A stretch of 64,000 nucleotides of DNA, taken from positions 452,733-516,732 of the forward strand of contig CANNCZ010000002.1 of assembly GCA_947503275.1 (NCBI GenBank). Direction: 5' to 3'. Positions 24,162-33,847 of this stretch are shown one piece after another; positions within the stretch are counted from its first letter, which is position 1; each line of letters begins with the position of its first letter. Origin of the DNA: an uncultured Erythrobacter sp. (GTDB lineage Bacteria; Pseudomonadota; Alphaproteobacteria; Sphingomonadales; Sphingomonadaceae). Made by a program: the position numbers and the translations under genes. The notes beneath the pieces are model-generated. The model saw only the letters and a list, made by a program, of their open reading frames with translations. It was not told the origin of the DNA and ran no database searches.

Positions 24162-26495
24162 TTAACCGCCTGAACGACTTGCCTCGGCTGCCTCAATCAC
24201 GCTTTCGTCCCATGTCACCTGCGTTTGCGTTTGCGGGTTGAAACGGGTGTTGGCGTAGGATGCTTCTTCCGCCGCTGTAACTTCTGCAGCTGTCAGGAAC
24301 TCGCTCGGTTCAAGTGCGAAAACGTCGATCCCGCGCGTGATCTCGGTCCCATAGATCCGGCCATTGTACCAATAGGATGACCAATAACCGCCAACGACCA
24401 ATTGCTCATCGTTGATCGGGCCACGGTCAAAGAAGGCGATCTCTTGCGGGTTGGAGCTGTCAGTGAAATCCATGAGGCTGATCCCGCCTTGGTACCAAGA
24501 TTGCACAAAGATATCGCGGCCCGGCACAGGTACGATTGAACCGTTATGCGCAACGCAGTTCTCGAATTCGCTTTGCGGCCCCGGCATTTTGTAGTGGCTC
24601 CGGAATTCCAGCTTGCCGTCTACGATGTCATAAATCGCATTCGCGCCCCAGGTCATCGGGTCAGACGCCTTGCAACGCGGACGACCGCCGCCGCCCCACT
24701 CGTCTGTGAAAATCACCTTGGTGCCTTCATTGTTGAAGGTAGCGGAGTGCCAATAGGCAAACCCTTTATCGAACACTGCGTCCATGCGGACTGGGTTCAT
24801 TGGGTCAGAGATATCCATCAATATGCCGTTGCCCGAACATGCACCAGCAGCGAGGTTCAGTGCAGGGAAAACGGTTATGTCGTGGCATTGATTGGTTTGC
24901 GCTGTGCGCTGAGTACCCTCTCCGCTATCGCCGCCTTCCCATAGGCCAGCGATCTCGCCTGTCTCACTGTCCGCGAAGACGCGCGGCGAGCTGATGATGC
25001 GTGATTGCGATGGGTCAGCCAGCGGAATTTCGATCACGTCGATGCTGAACAATGCCGTGCGCGAATCCGATGGATTGCCAATGCAGCGTTCCAGCTCTTC
25101 AGTCTCGCGAACACGCGATGTGCCCGAATTGTAGACTATGATGCGGGTGTCATCAGCGCTGACGATGGAGTGCGTGTGGCTACCCCGACAGGTTTGCACT
25201 TGCCCGACCTGACGCGGCGCTTCGAGGTTGGAGATATCGAACACGCGAAGACCGCGGAAGCGTTCCTCGCTGACTTCGCCTTCGACCCCTTGCAGCCCGC
25301 AATCAACACGGCCGCGCGTCTGTTCAACGCTCATAACCAAAAGGTCGCCGACTACGGAAACGTCGCCTTGGCCACCGGGGCATACGATTGAACTCAACAG
25401 GCTCGGTGCGCCATCATCGCCCAGACGGTAAATGTTGAAGCCGTGATAATTGCCCGCGACCATAACGTCGTCAAAGAAGGCGATATCCGTGTTCGCAAAG
25501 TCGAGCAGAGGCGAACGCTCTGCAAACTGCGTGAGACTTTCCTCCTCGTCGCGCTCTTCCGGATCGGCGCTTTCCGCATCGGAAGCATCGGCGACTTCAG
25601 CTTCTGCTTCTGTTTCGGCGCCCTCTTCGCTCTCTTCATCTTCGCGCGGTGGCACAACAGCACGCAAATCCGATGGATTCTCAGGGTCGAAGAAACCCGC
25701 TGGTTTGCTCAGAGACACCACATGACGCAGGTTCATGATCGCCTCACCCGCATCAGCAAAGCCCGGCGTTAGGCCAGAGCGCGGGTCGGCTGAGAGACCA
25801 GCCAGGATCGTGTCCATTCGATCAATCTCGGTCGACTGATCGTTCTCGATATCGCTGACGAACCGATAAAGGATGGGGTCGGCGGCGCTGCCCGGCTGGC
25901 GATACAATTCCTCGACCATATCAATCGCGCCTTCGTGATGCGCGATCATCAGGGTAAGGAACAACTCGTCGAACGCTGTGCCCTCAGCAGCGGCGAGCGC
26001 AGCCATCTGTTCAGGCGAAGCCATGCCGGCCATCTGCGAATGATCAACCATCGCGTGTCCTGAATGGTCGCCCATATCGTGGCCCGCATGCTCTCCCATA
26101 CCGCCAGCCATCACGGTCTTCTCACCGCGCTCGGCCAGCCACGCATTCATGAACTCAATTTCGTCCGCTTGGCTCGAAAGTATTTTGCCAGCGATGGTGA
26201 CGACCTCTTCATTGTTCGTCCGATCTCCGACCAGTTTCGACATATCGACCGCCTGTTGGTGGTGCACGATCATGCCTTGCATGAACGCAACATCGGCCAT
26301 GGTGTAGCTGGCCTTTGCCAATTCGGTCGCCTGATCAGCGGTCAAAGTGCGGCCATCCTGACCCGGTGCACCGGGCTGAACAATCGGTGCCGTTTGAGCC
26401 AATGCGAGGCTGGAACCGCCCAGCAACAGAGCAGAAAGCGCAGTACGAGTGCCCAAGGCGGCGGTCCGCCGGGCAAAATTGCGGTCGATGGTCAT
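24162..26495 (-). CDS. exported DUF305 domain / LVIVD-repeat beta-propeller fusion protein (777 aa)
   Basis: ATG at 26495 (MTIDRNFARRTAALG..., a twin-Arg-like signal). It has two DUF305 HH-x-x-A-x-x-M blocks (MIVHHQQAVDM, MIAHHEGAIDM), a His/Met-rich spacer, an acidic linker, then repeated hydrophobic-D strands (LRVFDIS, LFSIDVIE, GILMDISD, ISLMDFTD). Confidence 0.7.
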   Translation of the reverse strand: MTIDRNFARRTAALGTRTALSALLLGGSSLALAQTAPIVQPGAPGQDGRTLTADQATELAKASYTMADVAFMQGMIVHHQQAVDMSKLVGDRTNNEEVVTIAGKILSSQADEIEFMNAWLAERGEKTVMAGGMGEHAGHDMGDHSGHAMVDHSQMAGMASPEQMAALAAAEGTAFDELFLTLMIAHHEGAIDMVEELYRQPGSAADPILYRFVSDIENDQSTEIDRMDTILAGLSADPRSGLTPGFADAGEAIMNLRHVVSLSKPAGFFDPENPSDLRAVVPPREDEESEEGAETEAEAEVADASDAESADPEERDEEESLTQFAERSPLLDFANTDIAFFDDVMVAGNYHGFNIYRLGDDGAPSLLSSIVCPGGQGDVSVVGDLLVMSVEQTRGRVDCGLQGVEGEVSEERFRGLRVFDISNLEAPRQVGQVQTCRGSHTHSIVSADDTRIIVYNSGTSRVRETEELERCIGNPSDSRTALFSIDVIEIPLADPSQSRIISSPRVFADSETGEIAGLWEGGDSGEGTQRTAQTNQCHDITVFPALNLAAGACSGNGILMDISDPMNPVRMDAVFDKGFAYWHSATFNNEGTKVIFTDEWGGGGRPRCKASDPMTWGANAIYDIVDGKLEFRSHYKMPGPQSEFENCVAHNGSIVPVPGRDIFVQSWYQGGISLMDFTDSSNPQEIAFFDRGPINDEQLVVGGYWSSYWYNGRIYGTEITRGIDVFALEPSEFLTAAEVTAAEEASYANTRFNPQTQTQVTWDESVIEAAEASRSGG

Positions 26496-26781
26496 GTCAG
26501 TCCCCGTGTGATTTGTATTGCGCGACTGTCTGCCCAACTTCGGAGTGCAGTCAAGGCTGCAATTGGTGCAATCGGCTCGTGATCGACAAAGGGCATGTGG
26601 AGACGGTCGACCTGCCGAAAAACGCCGGAAGCAGGGCACTGCACGGGCTCTAAATGAGTCCTGCCCTGCATCACGCACGGCTCATCGCACACGGCGAATC
26701 GAGTGCTTGTCGCGGCGAATCGGGCAATCATAGACTCCCGAGTTAAGCTGCCGCTAACCCTGTTTGGAGTATTCCCTGCCG

Positions 26782-27834
26782 ATGGCCATTTCTCATCGCA
26801 CCACACCCATCGCTCGCAATCTCACTTGGATAGTGGGGACAATTGCAGCGATGTTTGCAGTTCTCGCTGCCCCTGCAGCGGCGCAAACCAACGAACTTCA
26901 AGCAAGATTTGACAGCGCCTTTGGCACTGAAATGCGCTCGCCAGAAACGTTTGAGGCGATCTATGCGAACGGGTTCGAGCAACGCATTGCTGAGCTTGCC
27001 GATGGCGATCAGGGCCGGATTGGCGTTGCCGCGCTGGACCTCTCGACCGGCGAACAGATCATGGTGCTGGGCGATCAATTATTCCCGATGGCATCGACCA
27101 GCAAAATCGCTGTTGCTGCGACCTATTTGGAGATGGTCGAGCAAGGACGATATTCGCTCACTTCTGAATTCCCACTTTTGATCCCAGTTCGCTCGGCCAA
27201 GTATTCTTCGCCCGCTGCCCCTGTGCGCGAGGGGAATTATATGCCTGCGATCGATCTGATTGAGATCATGATCACACGCTCCAGCAACCCTGCGACCGAT
27301 GCGTTGTTGGCTGCTGTTGGTGGTCCGGAAGCGGTGAACAATTGGATGCGCCGGCAAGGGATCAATGATTTCTCGATCGACCGCGATATCGCGACTTTGG
27401 TGCGCGACGACGGCGAATATGATCCCGTGAACTGGATCGACCCCCGCGATGCGGCGACTCCACGTGCAATGGTGCGCCTGTTGGGCGGGCTCTATCGCGG
27501 TGATTTTCTTTCAGCGCAAAACCGCCAAGTTCTGCTCGGCGCGATGAGCCGGACGACCACTGGTCGTCGCCGGATTGTCGCGAACATGCCAAGCGAGGCG
27601 CGGGTCAGCCACAAGACCGGTTCACTCAACAACACGTCGAGCGACATTGGGATTATCGAATCCCCCGATGGGCGTGCAATTGCTGTGGCGATTTATGTGA
27701 CCGGACAAGGATCACGCCTTGCCCGCGAACGTCGGATCGCATCAATTGCAAGGGCGGTTTATGATGGCTTCTATGCCCGTGCGCGCACCAATCCGCGTCG
27801 CAATTGGACCGGTGCACCGCGCACCGGCGGCTAA
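26782..27834 (+). CDS. class A beta-lactamase-like serine hydrolase
   Basis: ATG at 26782. It has a signal peptide plus STSK (S-x-x-K), SSN (S-x-N) and KTG motifs at class A spacing. Confidence 0.7.
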   Translation: MAISHRTTPIARNLTWIVGTIAAMFAVLAAPAAAQTNELQARFDSAFGTEMRSPETFEAIYANGFEQRIAELADGDQGRIGVAALDLSTGEQIMVLGDQLFPMASTSKIAVAATYLEMVEQGRYSLTSEFPLLIPVRSAKYSSPAAPVREGNYMPAIDLIEIMITRSSNPATDALLAAVGGPEAVNNWMRRQGINDFSIDRDIATLVRDDGEYDPVNWIDPRDAATPRAMVRLLGGLYRGDFLSAQNRQVLLGAMSRTTTGRRRIVANMPSEARVSHKTGSLNNTSSDIGIIESPDGRAIAVAIYVTGQGSRLARERRIASIARAVYDGFYARARTNPRRNWTGAPRTGG

Positions 27835-27856
27835 CACCTCAAAGAAACCGAGCACG

Positions 27857-27891
27857 AAAAAAGGCGGCGCCTCGCGGCACCGCCTTTCTTT
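27857..27891. terminator. bidirectional hairpin terminator
   Basis: AAAAAAGGCGGCGCC-TCGC-GGCACCGCCTTTCTTT has one mismatch and lies between convergent stops at 27834 and 27923. Confidence 0.55.
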
Positions 27892-27922
27892 CAATGCTTG
27901 AAAAGCACTGGGACGTTGCGAA

Positions 27923-28246
27923 TTACTCGCCGTCAACCATTGCTTCTGCTTCTGCAGCAGCAGCTTCAGCAGCGTTAGCAACGCCTTCTGCAGCGTCGCC
28001 AGCAGCGTCGGCAGTCGCATCAGCAGCGCCTTCAGCGCCTTCAACAGTTGCGTCGGCTGCGCCTTCAACAGTTTCAGCAGCACCGTCGACGGCTTCACCA
28101 GCAGTCGCGGTTGCGTCTTCGGCAATCGACTCAGCGTCGGCAGCCATTGCGTCGCCGGTTTCAGCAACGGAGTCAGCGGTTTCACCGCAAGCGGCAAGGC
28201 CAAGAGCCGAAGTTGCAACAGCAGCGGCAAGAACGATCTTACGCAT
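27923..28246 (-). CDS. polyanionic Ala/Glu/Asp-rich small lipoprotein (107 aa)
   Basis: AAGGA precedes the ATG at 28246. The lipobox is LGLAAC. The mature part has no basic residue. Confidence 0.6.
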   Translation of the reverse strand: MRKIVLAAAVATSALGLAACGETADSVAETGDAMAADAESIAEDATATAGEAVDGAAETVEGAADATVEGAEGAADATADAAGDAAEGVANAAEAAAAEAEAMVDGE

Positions 28247-28503
28247 AATAAAATTCCTTATTCAGCGAATGGATTGCGCGCAGATCACTTAGTCGGACCT
28301 GTCGCGAAAGTCGGCATCTGACCCCCGACTTCACTTAAACAAATAATGGCAGGAATGTGGCATTGCAAGCAAAATAAGGCATTTCGCCATATTTCGGCCT
28401 TATTCTCGCCTTGTTTCAACCTCGCTTTGCCGCAGTGACATGACGGTGGGGATCGCCTGGAAAGCGGCTTACGCACCTCGGCCTGCGATGCTAGCACGAG
28501 GTT

Positions 28504-31350
28504 ATGTCCAGTGAGCAACAGCACCTCTATCTCGTCGATGGCTCGTCCTATATTTTTAGGGCTTATCACCGCCTCCCGCCCTTAACAGATCCCGAGGGGA
28601 CACCGGTTGGCGCTGTTTATGGCTACACAACGATGCTGTGGAAGCTGGCGGACGATCTGGATGCGGCGGACGGGCCGACCCACCTTGCGGTGATCCTAGA
28701 CAAGGATTCTAAGAGTTTCCGCAACGAGATCTATCCCGAATACAAAGCGAACCGCCCACCTCCACCCGAAGACTTGCGGCCACAATTCCCCCTGATCCGC
28801 GATGCCACACGGGCGTTTAGCTTGCCATGCATCGAGGAACAGGGATTGGAGGCCGATGATATCATCGCCTCTTACGCTCGGGCTGCGCAGCGCGAAGGGT
28901 GGAACGTCACGATTGTCTCATCAGACAAGGATTTGATGCAGTTAATCGGTGAAGTTGACACACCCAGCGGCAAAGGCCGCATCGACATGCTCGACACGAT
29001 GAAGAGTGCGCGCATCTATATCGACGAGGTTGAAGACAAATTTGGCGTGAAGCCTGAGTTGGTGGGCGATGTTCTGGCGTTGATGGGCGACACAGCGGAC
29101 AACATTCCCGGCATTTACGGCGTCGGTCCCAAGACCGCGAGCAAGCTGATCGCGGAACACGGCTCCCTAACCGCCGCGCTTGATCAGGCAGGCGACATGA
29201 AGAAATCGAAGCTTAAAGAACGCCTGCTCGAAGGGCGCGGCGATGCGGAGATGTCGCGGGTTTTGGTCACGTTGAAGGAAGATTGCGACCTGCCTGTGGG
29301 CCTAGACGAAATGCGGATTGAGGGCATTCCTCCAGAACCGCTAGCCGCATTCCTCGAAAAGCACGGCTTCACTTCGTTGCTAAAACGGCTTGGTGCGGGC
29401 AGCGGCAGCCCGGAGCGGCCAAACAATCTTGATCCAGCCAAAGCTGAAAAGCCCGGCGATGGGGGCAGCGCAACCGGCAATCGCCAGCCATCGATCGATC
29501 TGCCTGCGGTTGATCGCAGCGCCTATGAAACTGTCCAAACCCTTGATCGATTAGAACATTGGATCGAACGCGCGACTGCCGCGAGGTTGGTAGCGGTTGA
29601 TACAGAGACATCTTCGCTCAATGCGATGCAAGCACAGCTGGTCGGCATCAGCCTTGCGCTTGGCCCAAATGACGCGTGCTATATTCCGCTTGCGCATGGT
29701 GGGACCGACCTGTTGGCCGAAACGCCAGAGCAAATTTCCATCGTTGATGCACTCGGTGCACTTCGACCGATGTTAAGCGATGATAGCGTCCTCAAGGTCT
29801 TCCAAAACGGCAAATACGACCTCAACGTGCTGGCCCGGTATGACGTGCCAGTAGCGCCGATTGAAGACACAATGGTGATGAGCTTCGACCTTGACGCTGG
29901 ACGCGGCGAAGGCATGGGCGGCGGGCACGGAATGGACGAATTGTCCGAACGCCACCTTGGCCACACGCCAATCGCATTCAAAGAGGTCTGCGGAACCGGC
30001 AAAAAAGCGATACCCTTTGGCGAAGTAGCTCTGGATCGCGCAACCGAATATGCGGCTGAGGATGCCGACATCACTTGGCGGCTTTATAAGCTGTTCAAGC
30101 CTCGCCTTGCGGAGGAAGGCGGGAGCAAAATCTACGAACGAGTCGACCGGCCACTAATCCCTGTTGTCGCCGGGATGGAACGCGAGGGAATTAGAGTTGA
30201 CCGCCCGCAACTCGCCAGATTGTCGGAAGAATTTGCCACGCAGACAGCGGCGCTCGAAACAGAAATCCACGCTATCGCTGAACAGGAATTCGCAGTTGGT
30301 AGTCCCAAACAACTGGGTGAAGTCTTATTCGAGAAAATGGGCTTTAAAGGCGGAAAAAAGGGCAAAAGTGGCCAATATTCAACCGATCAATCGGTGTTGG
30401 AGAAATTGGCTGGAGATGGCGCTGGAATCGCCAAGAAAGTGCTGGAGTGGCGCCACCTGTCGAAGCTCAAATCGACTTACACCGACGCGCTTCAGGCGCA
30501 AATCAACCCCGATACGGGACGCGTTCACACCAGTTATAGCCTGTCGGGCGCGCAAACTGGGCGGTTGAGTTCGACTGATCCAAACTTGCAAAACATCCCG
30601 ATCCGCACCGCCATCGGGCGCACCATTCGCGAGGCCTTTGTACCCGAAGCAGGGAACGTGTTGCTCGCTGCCGATTACAGTCAGATTGAGTTGCGACTGG
30701 CGGCGCATATGGCGAATGTCGACAGCCTCAAAGAGGCCTTTGCTAATGGCGAGGATATCCATGCGCGTACTGCGACGGAGATGTTTGGCGAGGTCACACG
30801 CGACACCCGTGCCCGCGCAAAGACGATCAATTTTGCGATCCTCTATGGCATTTCGCGCTGGGGACTTGCGGGTCGCCTCGAAGTCGAACCAGACGAAGCG
30901 CAAGCGATGATCGACACCTACTTTCAGCGTTTTCCGGGGATCCAACGTTACATCATGGAAACCCTCGAAAGTGTTGGTGAGCGCGGATATTCTGAGACTT
31001 TATTCGGCCGCAAGACATGGTTCCCGCGCATCAAGTCCAAAAACCAGGCTGAACGCCAGGGATCAGAACGCGCCGCCATCAACGCCCCCATCCAAGGCAC
31101 AAGCGCCGATATCATCAAACGCGCCATGGCTCGAATGCTCCCAGCATTGCGGGATGCGGGTTTGAAGGATGTGCGGATGCTGTTGCAGGTGCACGACGAA
31201 TTGGTGTTCGAGCTTCCCGAAGGCGACGTCGCAGCGGCGTCTCCGATCATCGAGCGTGTTATGGCCGAAGCAGCACTACCCGCGGTCACACTCGACGTGC
31301 CGCTTGCGATTGATATCGGCACCGGGCCCAGCTGGGACGCGGCACACTAG
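28504..31350 (+). CDS. polA: DNA polymerase I
   Basis: 948 aa with a 5'-nuclease N-terminus (LYLVDGSSYIFRAYH) and pol motifs RARAKTINFAILYG and QVHDELVFE. Confidence 0.97.
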   Translation: MSSEQQHLYLVDGSSYIFRAYHRLPPLTDPEGTPVGAVYGYTTMLWKLADDLDAADGPTHLAVILDKDSKSFRNEIYPEYKANRPPPPEDLRPQFPLIRDATRAFSLPCIEEQGLEADDIIASYARAAQREGWNVTIVSSDKDLMQLIGEVDTPSGKGRIDMLDTMKSARIYIDEVEDKFGVKPELVGDVLALMGDTADNIPGIYGVGPKTASKLIAEHGSLTAALDQAGDMKKSKLKERLLEGRGDAEMSRVLVTLKEDCDLPVGLDEMRIEGIPPEPLAAFLEKHGFTSLLKRLGAGSGSPERPNNLDPAKAEKPGDGGSATGNRQPSIDLPAVDRSAYETVQTLDRLEHWIERATAARLVAVDTETSSLNAMQAQLVGISLALGPNDACYIPLAHGGTDLLAETPEQISIVDALGALRPMLSDDSVLKVFQNGKYDLNVLARYDVPVAPIEDTMVMSFDLDAGRGEGMGGGHGMDELSERHLGHTPIAFKEVCGTGKKAIPFGEVALDRATEYAAEDADITWRLYKLFKPRLAEEGGSKIYERVDRPLIPVVAGMEREGIRVDRPQLARLSEEFATQTAALETEIHAIAEQEFAVGSPKQLGEVLFEKMGFKGGKKGKSGQYSTDQSVLEKLAGDGAGIAKKVLEWRHLSKLKSTYTDALQAQINPDTGRVHTSYSLSGAQTGRLSSTDPNLQNIPIRTAIGRTIREAFVPEAGNVLLAADYSQIELRLAAHMANVDSLKEAFANGEDIHARTATEMFGEVTRDTRARAKTINFAILYGISRWGLAGRLEVEPDEAQAMIDTYFQRFPGIQRYIMETLESVGERGYSETLFGRKTWFPRIKSKNQAERQGSERAAINAPIQGTSADIIKRAMARMLPALRDAGLKDVRMLLQVHDELVFELPEGDVAAASPIIERVMAEAALPAVTLDVPLAIDIGTGPSWDAAH

Positions 31351-31372
31351 GGTCTGCCTCATGGGCAGACCC
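31350..31372. terminator. 9-bp GC-rich hairpin between convergent polA and cdc48-like genes
   Basis: GGGTCTGCC-TCATG-GGCAGACCC. It has no T-tract on either side. Confidence 0.4.
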
Positions 31373-31379
31373 AGCGCGT

Positions 31380-33686
31380 TCAATCGTGCTTTTTAGCGCG
31401 CGTTGGCTCCAACGTGTCCGGGGCAAAGAAGCCGATAGGATTGGCCTCAATCGCACGCTTCTTCAGTTCGCCGCGCATTTTGCGATACTCGGATTCCATC
31501 TTGGCCGTGACGGTGGCGCGGCTATCTTCGAGCGCATCATCGAAATCCTGCATCTCCACCGCAGAAACATCGCTGCCCATTCTGCGCAAAGCACCAAGGC
31601 CCGCGCGGCGGACGACATCTTCCAAATCGGCTCCGGTGAAGCGGTCTGTTTTCGCAGCAACTTCTCCCAGATCGACATTGCTTGAGAGCGGCATGTTATC
31701 CGTGTGAATGCCCAGAATATGCTCTCGGCCTGCTTTGTCGGGCGTTCCTACATAAACAAGCTCATCAAACCGACCCGGACGCAGCAACGCTGGGTCCATT
31801 AGAGTGGGTCGGTTGGTCGCGCCGATAACAATCACGGATTGCAGTTCTTCCAGCCCGTCCATTTCGGCAAGGATGGTGTTGACGACACGGCCCGTGACCT
31901 GCGGCTCCCCTTGCCCGCTACCCCGCGCAGGGACCAAGCTGTCGATCTCGTCAATGAAGATCACGCATGGAGCAACGGAGCGAGCGCGGGTAAACATGCG
32001 CGCGATTTGCTGTTCGCTTTCACCGTACCACTTGGACAAAAGATCTGAGCTCTTCATCGAGATAAAGTTGGCCTCTGCCTCCTTCGCAACAGCCTTTGCC
32101 AGAAGTGTCTTGCCGGTGCCTGGAGGGCCATAGAGAAGGAAGCCCTTCGCCGGACGAATGCCCAACCGTTGAAAGGCTTCCGAATTTTTGAGTGGGAGTT
32201 CAATCCCCTCTTTCAGTTTGTCGATGGCATCGGCAACGCCGCCAATATCGTCCCAACCGACATTGGGCATCTGCACCATCACTTCGCGCATTGCAGAAGG
32301 CTGGATGCGTTTCAGCGCAGAGAAGAAGTCATCGCGTGTGACACACAGGTCCTCCAAAACATCCTGCGGGATCGTGCGTTCATCAAGGTCGAGACGCGGC
32401 ATGATCCGGCGAACAGCATCAATCGCCGCCTCACGCGCCAAAGCGGCGATATCCGCACCGACAAAGCCATGCGTAACGCGTGCCAACTCGCTCAGATCAA
32501 CCTTACTTTCGAGCGGCATTCCGCGAGTGTGGATCGCCAGAATCTCGCGCCGTCCGCCTTGATCAGGCACGCCGATCACAATCTCACGATCAAACCGGCC
32601 CGGCCTGCGAAGTGCCTCGTCAATGGCGTCGGGACGATTGGTGGCAGCGATCACGACAAGGTTAGCGCGGGCCTCCAGCCCATCCATCAACGTGAGCAAT
32701 TGTGCGACCAGCCGCTTTTCCGCCTCGCCCGGAACCTGAGTGCGCTTAGGCGCGATGGAGTCGATCTCATCAATAAAGACAATCGCAGGGGCGACGCGGG
32801 TCGCCTCCTCAAACACTTCACGCAATCGCTTTTCGCTCTCGCCATATCCCGAACCCATGATCTCGGGTCCGTTTATGGTGAAGAACTCAGCATCGCTTTC
32901 ATTGGCGACAGCCTGAGCGAGGCGGGTTTTGCCGGTACCAGGAGGGCCGTGAAGCAAGACGCCTTTGGGTGGGTCGACGCCAAGCCGGGTGAACAATTCG
33001 GGATAGCGCAGCGGCAGCTCCACCATTTCGCGCAATTGCTGAATGGTGTCTTCCATACCGCCAACATCGTCGTAGTTGACGACGGCTCGCCCGTCATGCG
33101 CTTCTTCGAATTCGGTGCGCAGCTCAACCTCGGTGTTCTCGTCGATATGGACGATGCCCTTGGGGCTGGTCGAATGCACCGCCAAACGAATTTGAGTCAG
33201 CGCATAGGCCGGTGCGCGCAGCAACTGACGCACATCCGATGGCATATTCTGAACCGGCTGTTGGCCGGTCGTTGCGACAAGGTCCCCTGCGACAATTGGC
33301 TTCTTGAAGAAGTTGCGTTTGAGTGCCTGCGTTGGACCCTGCAATCGCATCTCGCGTTGAGCCGGGGCAAAGACCACACGGGTTGCCGGTCGCGATTCTG
33401 CGACCGTGATATCAACATGCTCACCCGATCCAGCCTCGGCATTGCCACGTTGCAAGCCATCGAGGCGCACCACGTCAAGCGTCTCGTCTTCTTGATAGGC
33501 AGGCATTGCGATTGCCGCTGTGGTGCGCTTGCCGCTTATTTCGACCACGTCACCTTCGGTAATACCAAGCTTCTGAAATGCTGAACGCGGCATTCTGGCA
33601 ATGCCCTGGCCCGATTCTTCTTGCCGAGCGGCAGCCACCTGAAGGCGCGCAGTCCGGATTGCATTAGAAGCGTCGGCATCAGCCAT
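31380..33686 (-). CDS. CDC48/VAT-type AAA+ ATPase (N-domain + two AAA modules, 768 aa)
   Basis: ATG at 33686 (MADADASN...). It has a CDC48-N-like segment, two GPPGTGKT Walker A motifs and two FIDEID Walker B motifs. Pore loops are GYGESE (D1) and KWYGESE (D2). Confidence 0.85.
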   Translation of the reverse strand: MADADASNAIRTARLQVAAARQEESGQGIARMPRSAFQKLGITEGDVVEISGKRTTAAIAMPAYQEDETLDVVRLDGLQRGNAEAGSGEHVDITVAESRPATRVVFAPAQREMRLQGPTQALKRNFFKKPIVAGDLVATTGQQPVQNMPSDVRQLLRAPAYALTQIRLAVHSTSPKGIVHIDENTEVELRTEFEEAHDGRAVVNYDDVGGMEDTIQQLREMVELPLRYPELFTRLGVDPPKGVLLHGPPGTGKTRLAQAVANESDAEFFTINGPEIMGSGYGESEKRLREVFEEATRVAPAIVFIDEIDSIAPKRTQVPGEAEKRLVAQLLTLMDGLEARANLVVIAATNRPDAIDEALRRPGRFDREIVIGVPDQGGRREILAIHTRGMPLESKVDLSELARVTHGFVGADIAALAREAAIDAVRRIMPRLDLDERTIPQDVLEDLCVTRDDFFSALKRIQPSAMREVMVQMPNVGWDDIGGVADAIDKLKEGIELPLKNSEAFQRLGIRPAKGFLLYGPPGTGKTLLAKAVAKEAEANFISMKSSDLLSKWYGESEQQIARMFTRARSVAPCVIFIDEIDSLVPARGSGQGEPQVTGRVVNTILAEMDGLEELQSVIVIGATNRPTLMDPALLRPGRFDELVYVGTPDKAGREHILGIHTDNMPLSSNVDLGEVAAKTDRFTGADLEDVVRRAGLGALRRMGSDVSAVEMQDFDDALEDSRATVTAKMESEYRKMRGELKKRAIEANPIGFFAPDTLEPTRAKKHD

Positions 33687-33819
33687 GGGCGGGTCCTTTG
33701 AGTTTGGGGGAATCAACAAGAACCCCTTTAAACCGTAGCTAAGGAGCAGGGCTGTTGATTGCAAACTCAGTAATGACCGTGGGAGCGCGTTAAGCAGAGC
33801 GCACTCAAAGCGACGTCAC

Positions 33820-33847
33820 AAAAAAAGCCCGGCACAAAGGCCGGGCT
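33820..33847 (-). terminator. orphan rho-independent terminator (minus strand)
   Basis: On the minus strand, AGCCCGGC-CTTTGT-GCCGGGCT is followed by TTTTTTT. No annotated minus-strand gene lies upstream of it. Confidence 0.65.

Noticed and set aside
27742-28292. Three extra overlapping ORFs lie in other frames and strands across the Ala/Glu-rich lipoprotein locus.
   Set aside because: Low-complexity GC-rich DNA keeps several frames open. Only 27923-28246 (minus) has an RBS, a lipoprotein signal and a flanking terminator.
32169-33584. A 471-aa plus-strand ORF lies inside the cdc48-like gene.
   Set aside because: It is an antisense shadow. The minus-strand frame carries unmistakable Walker A/B and pore-loop motifs, and the plus frame has none.
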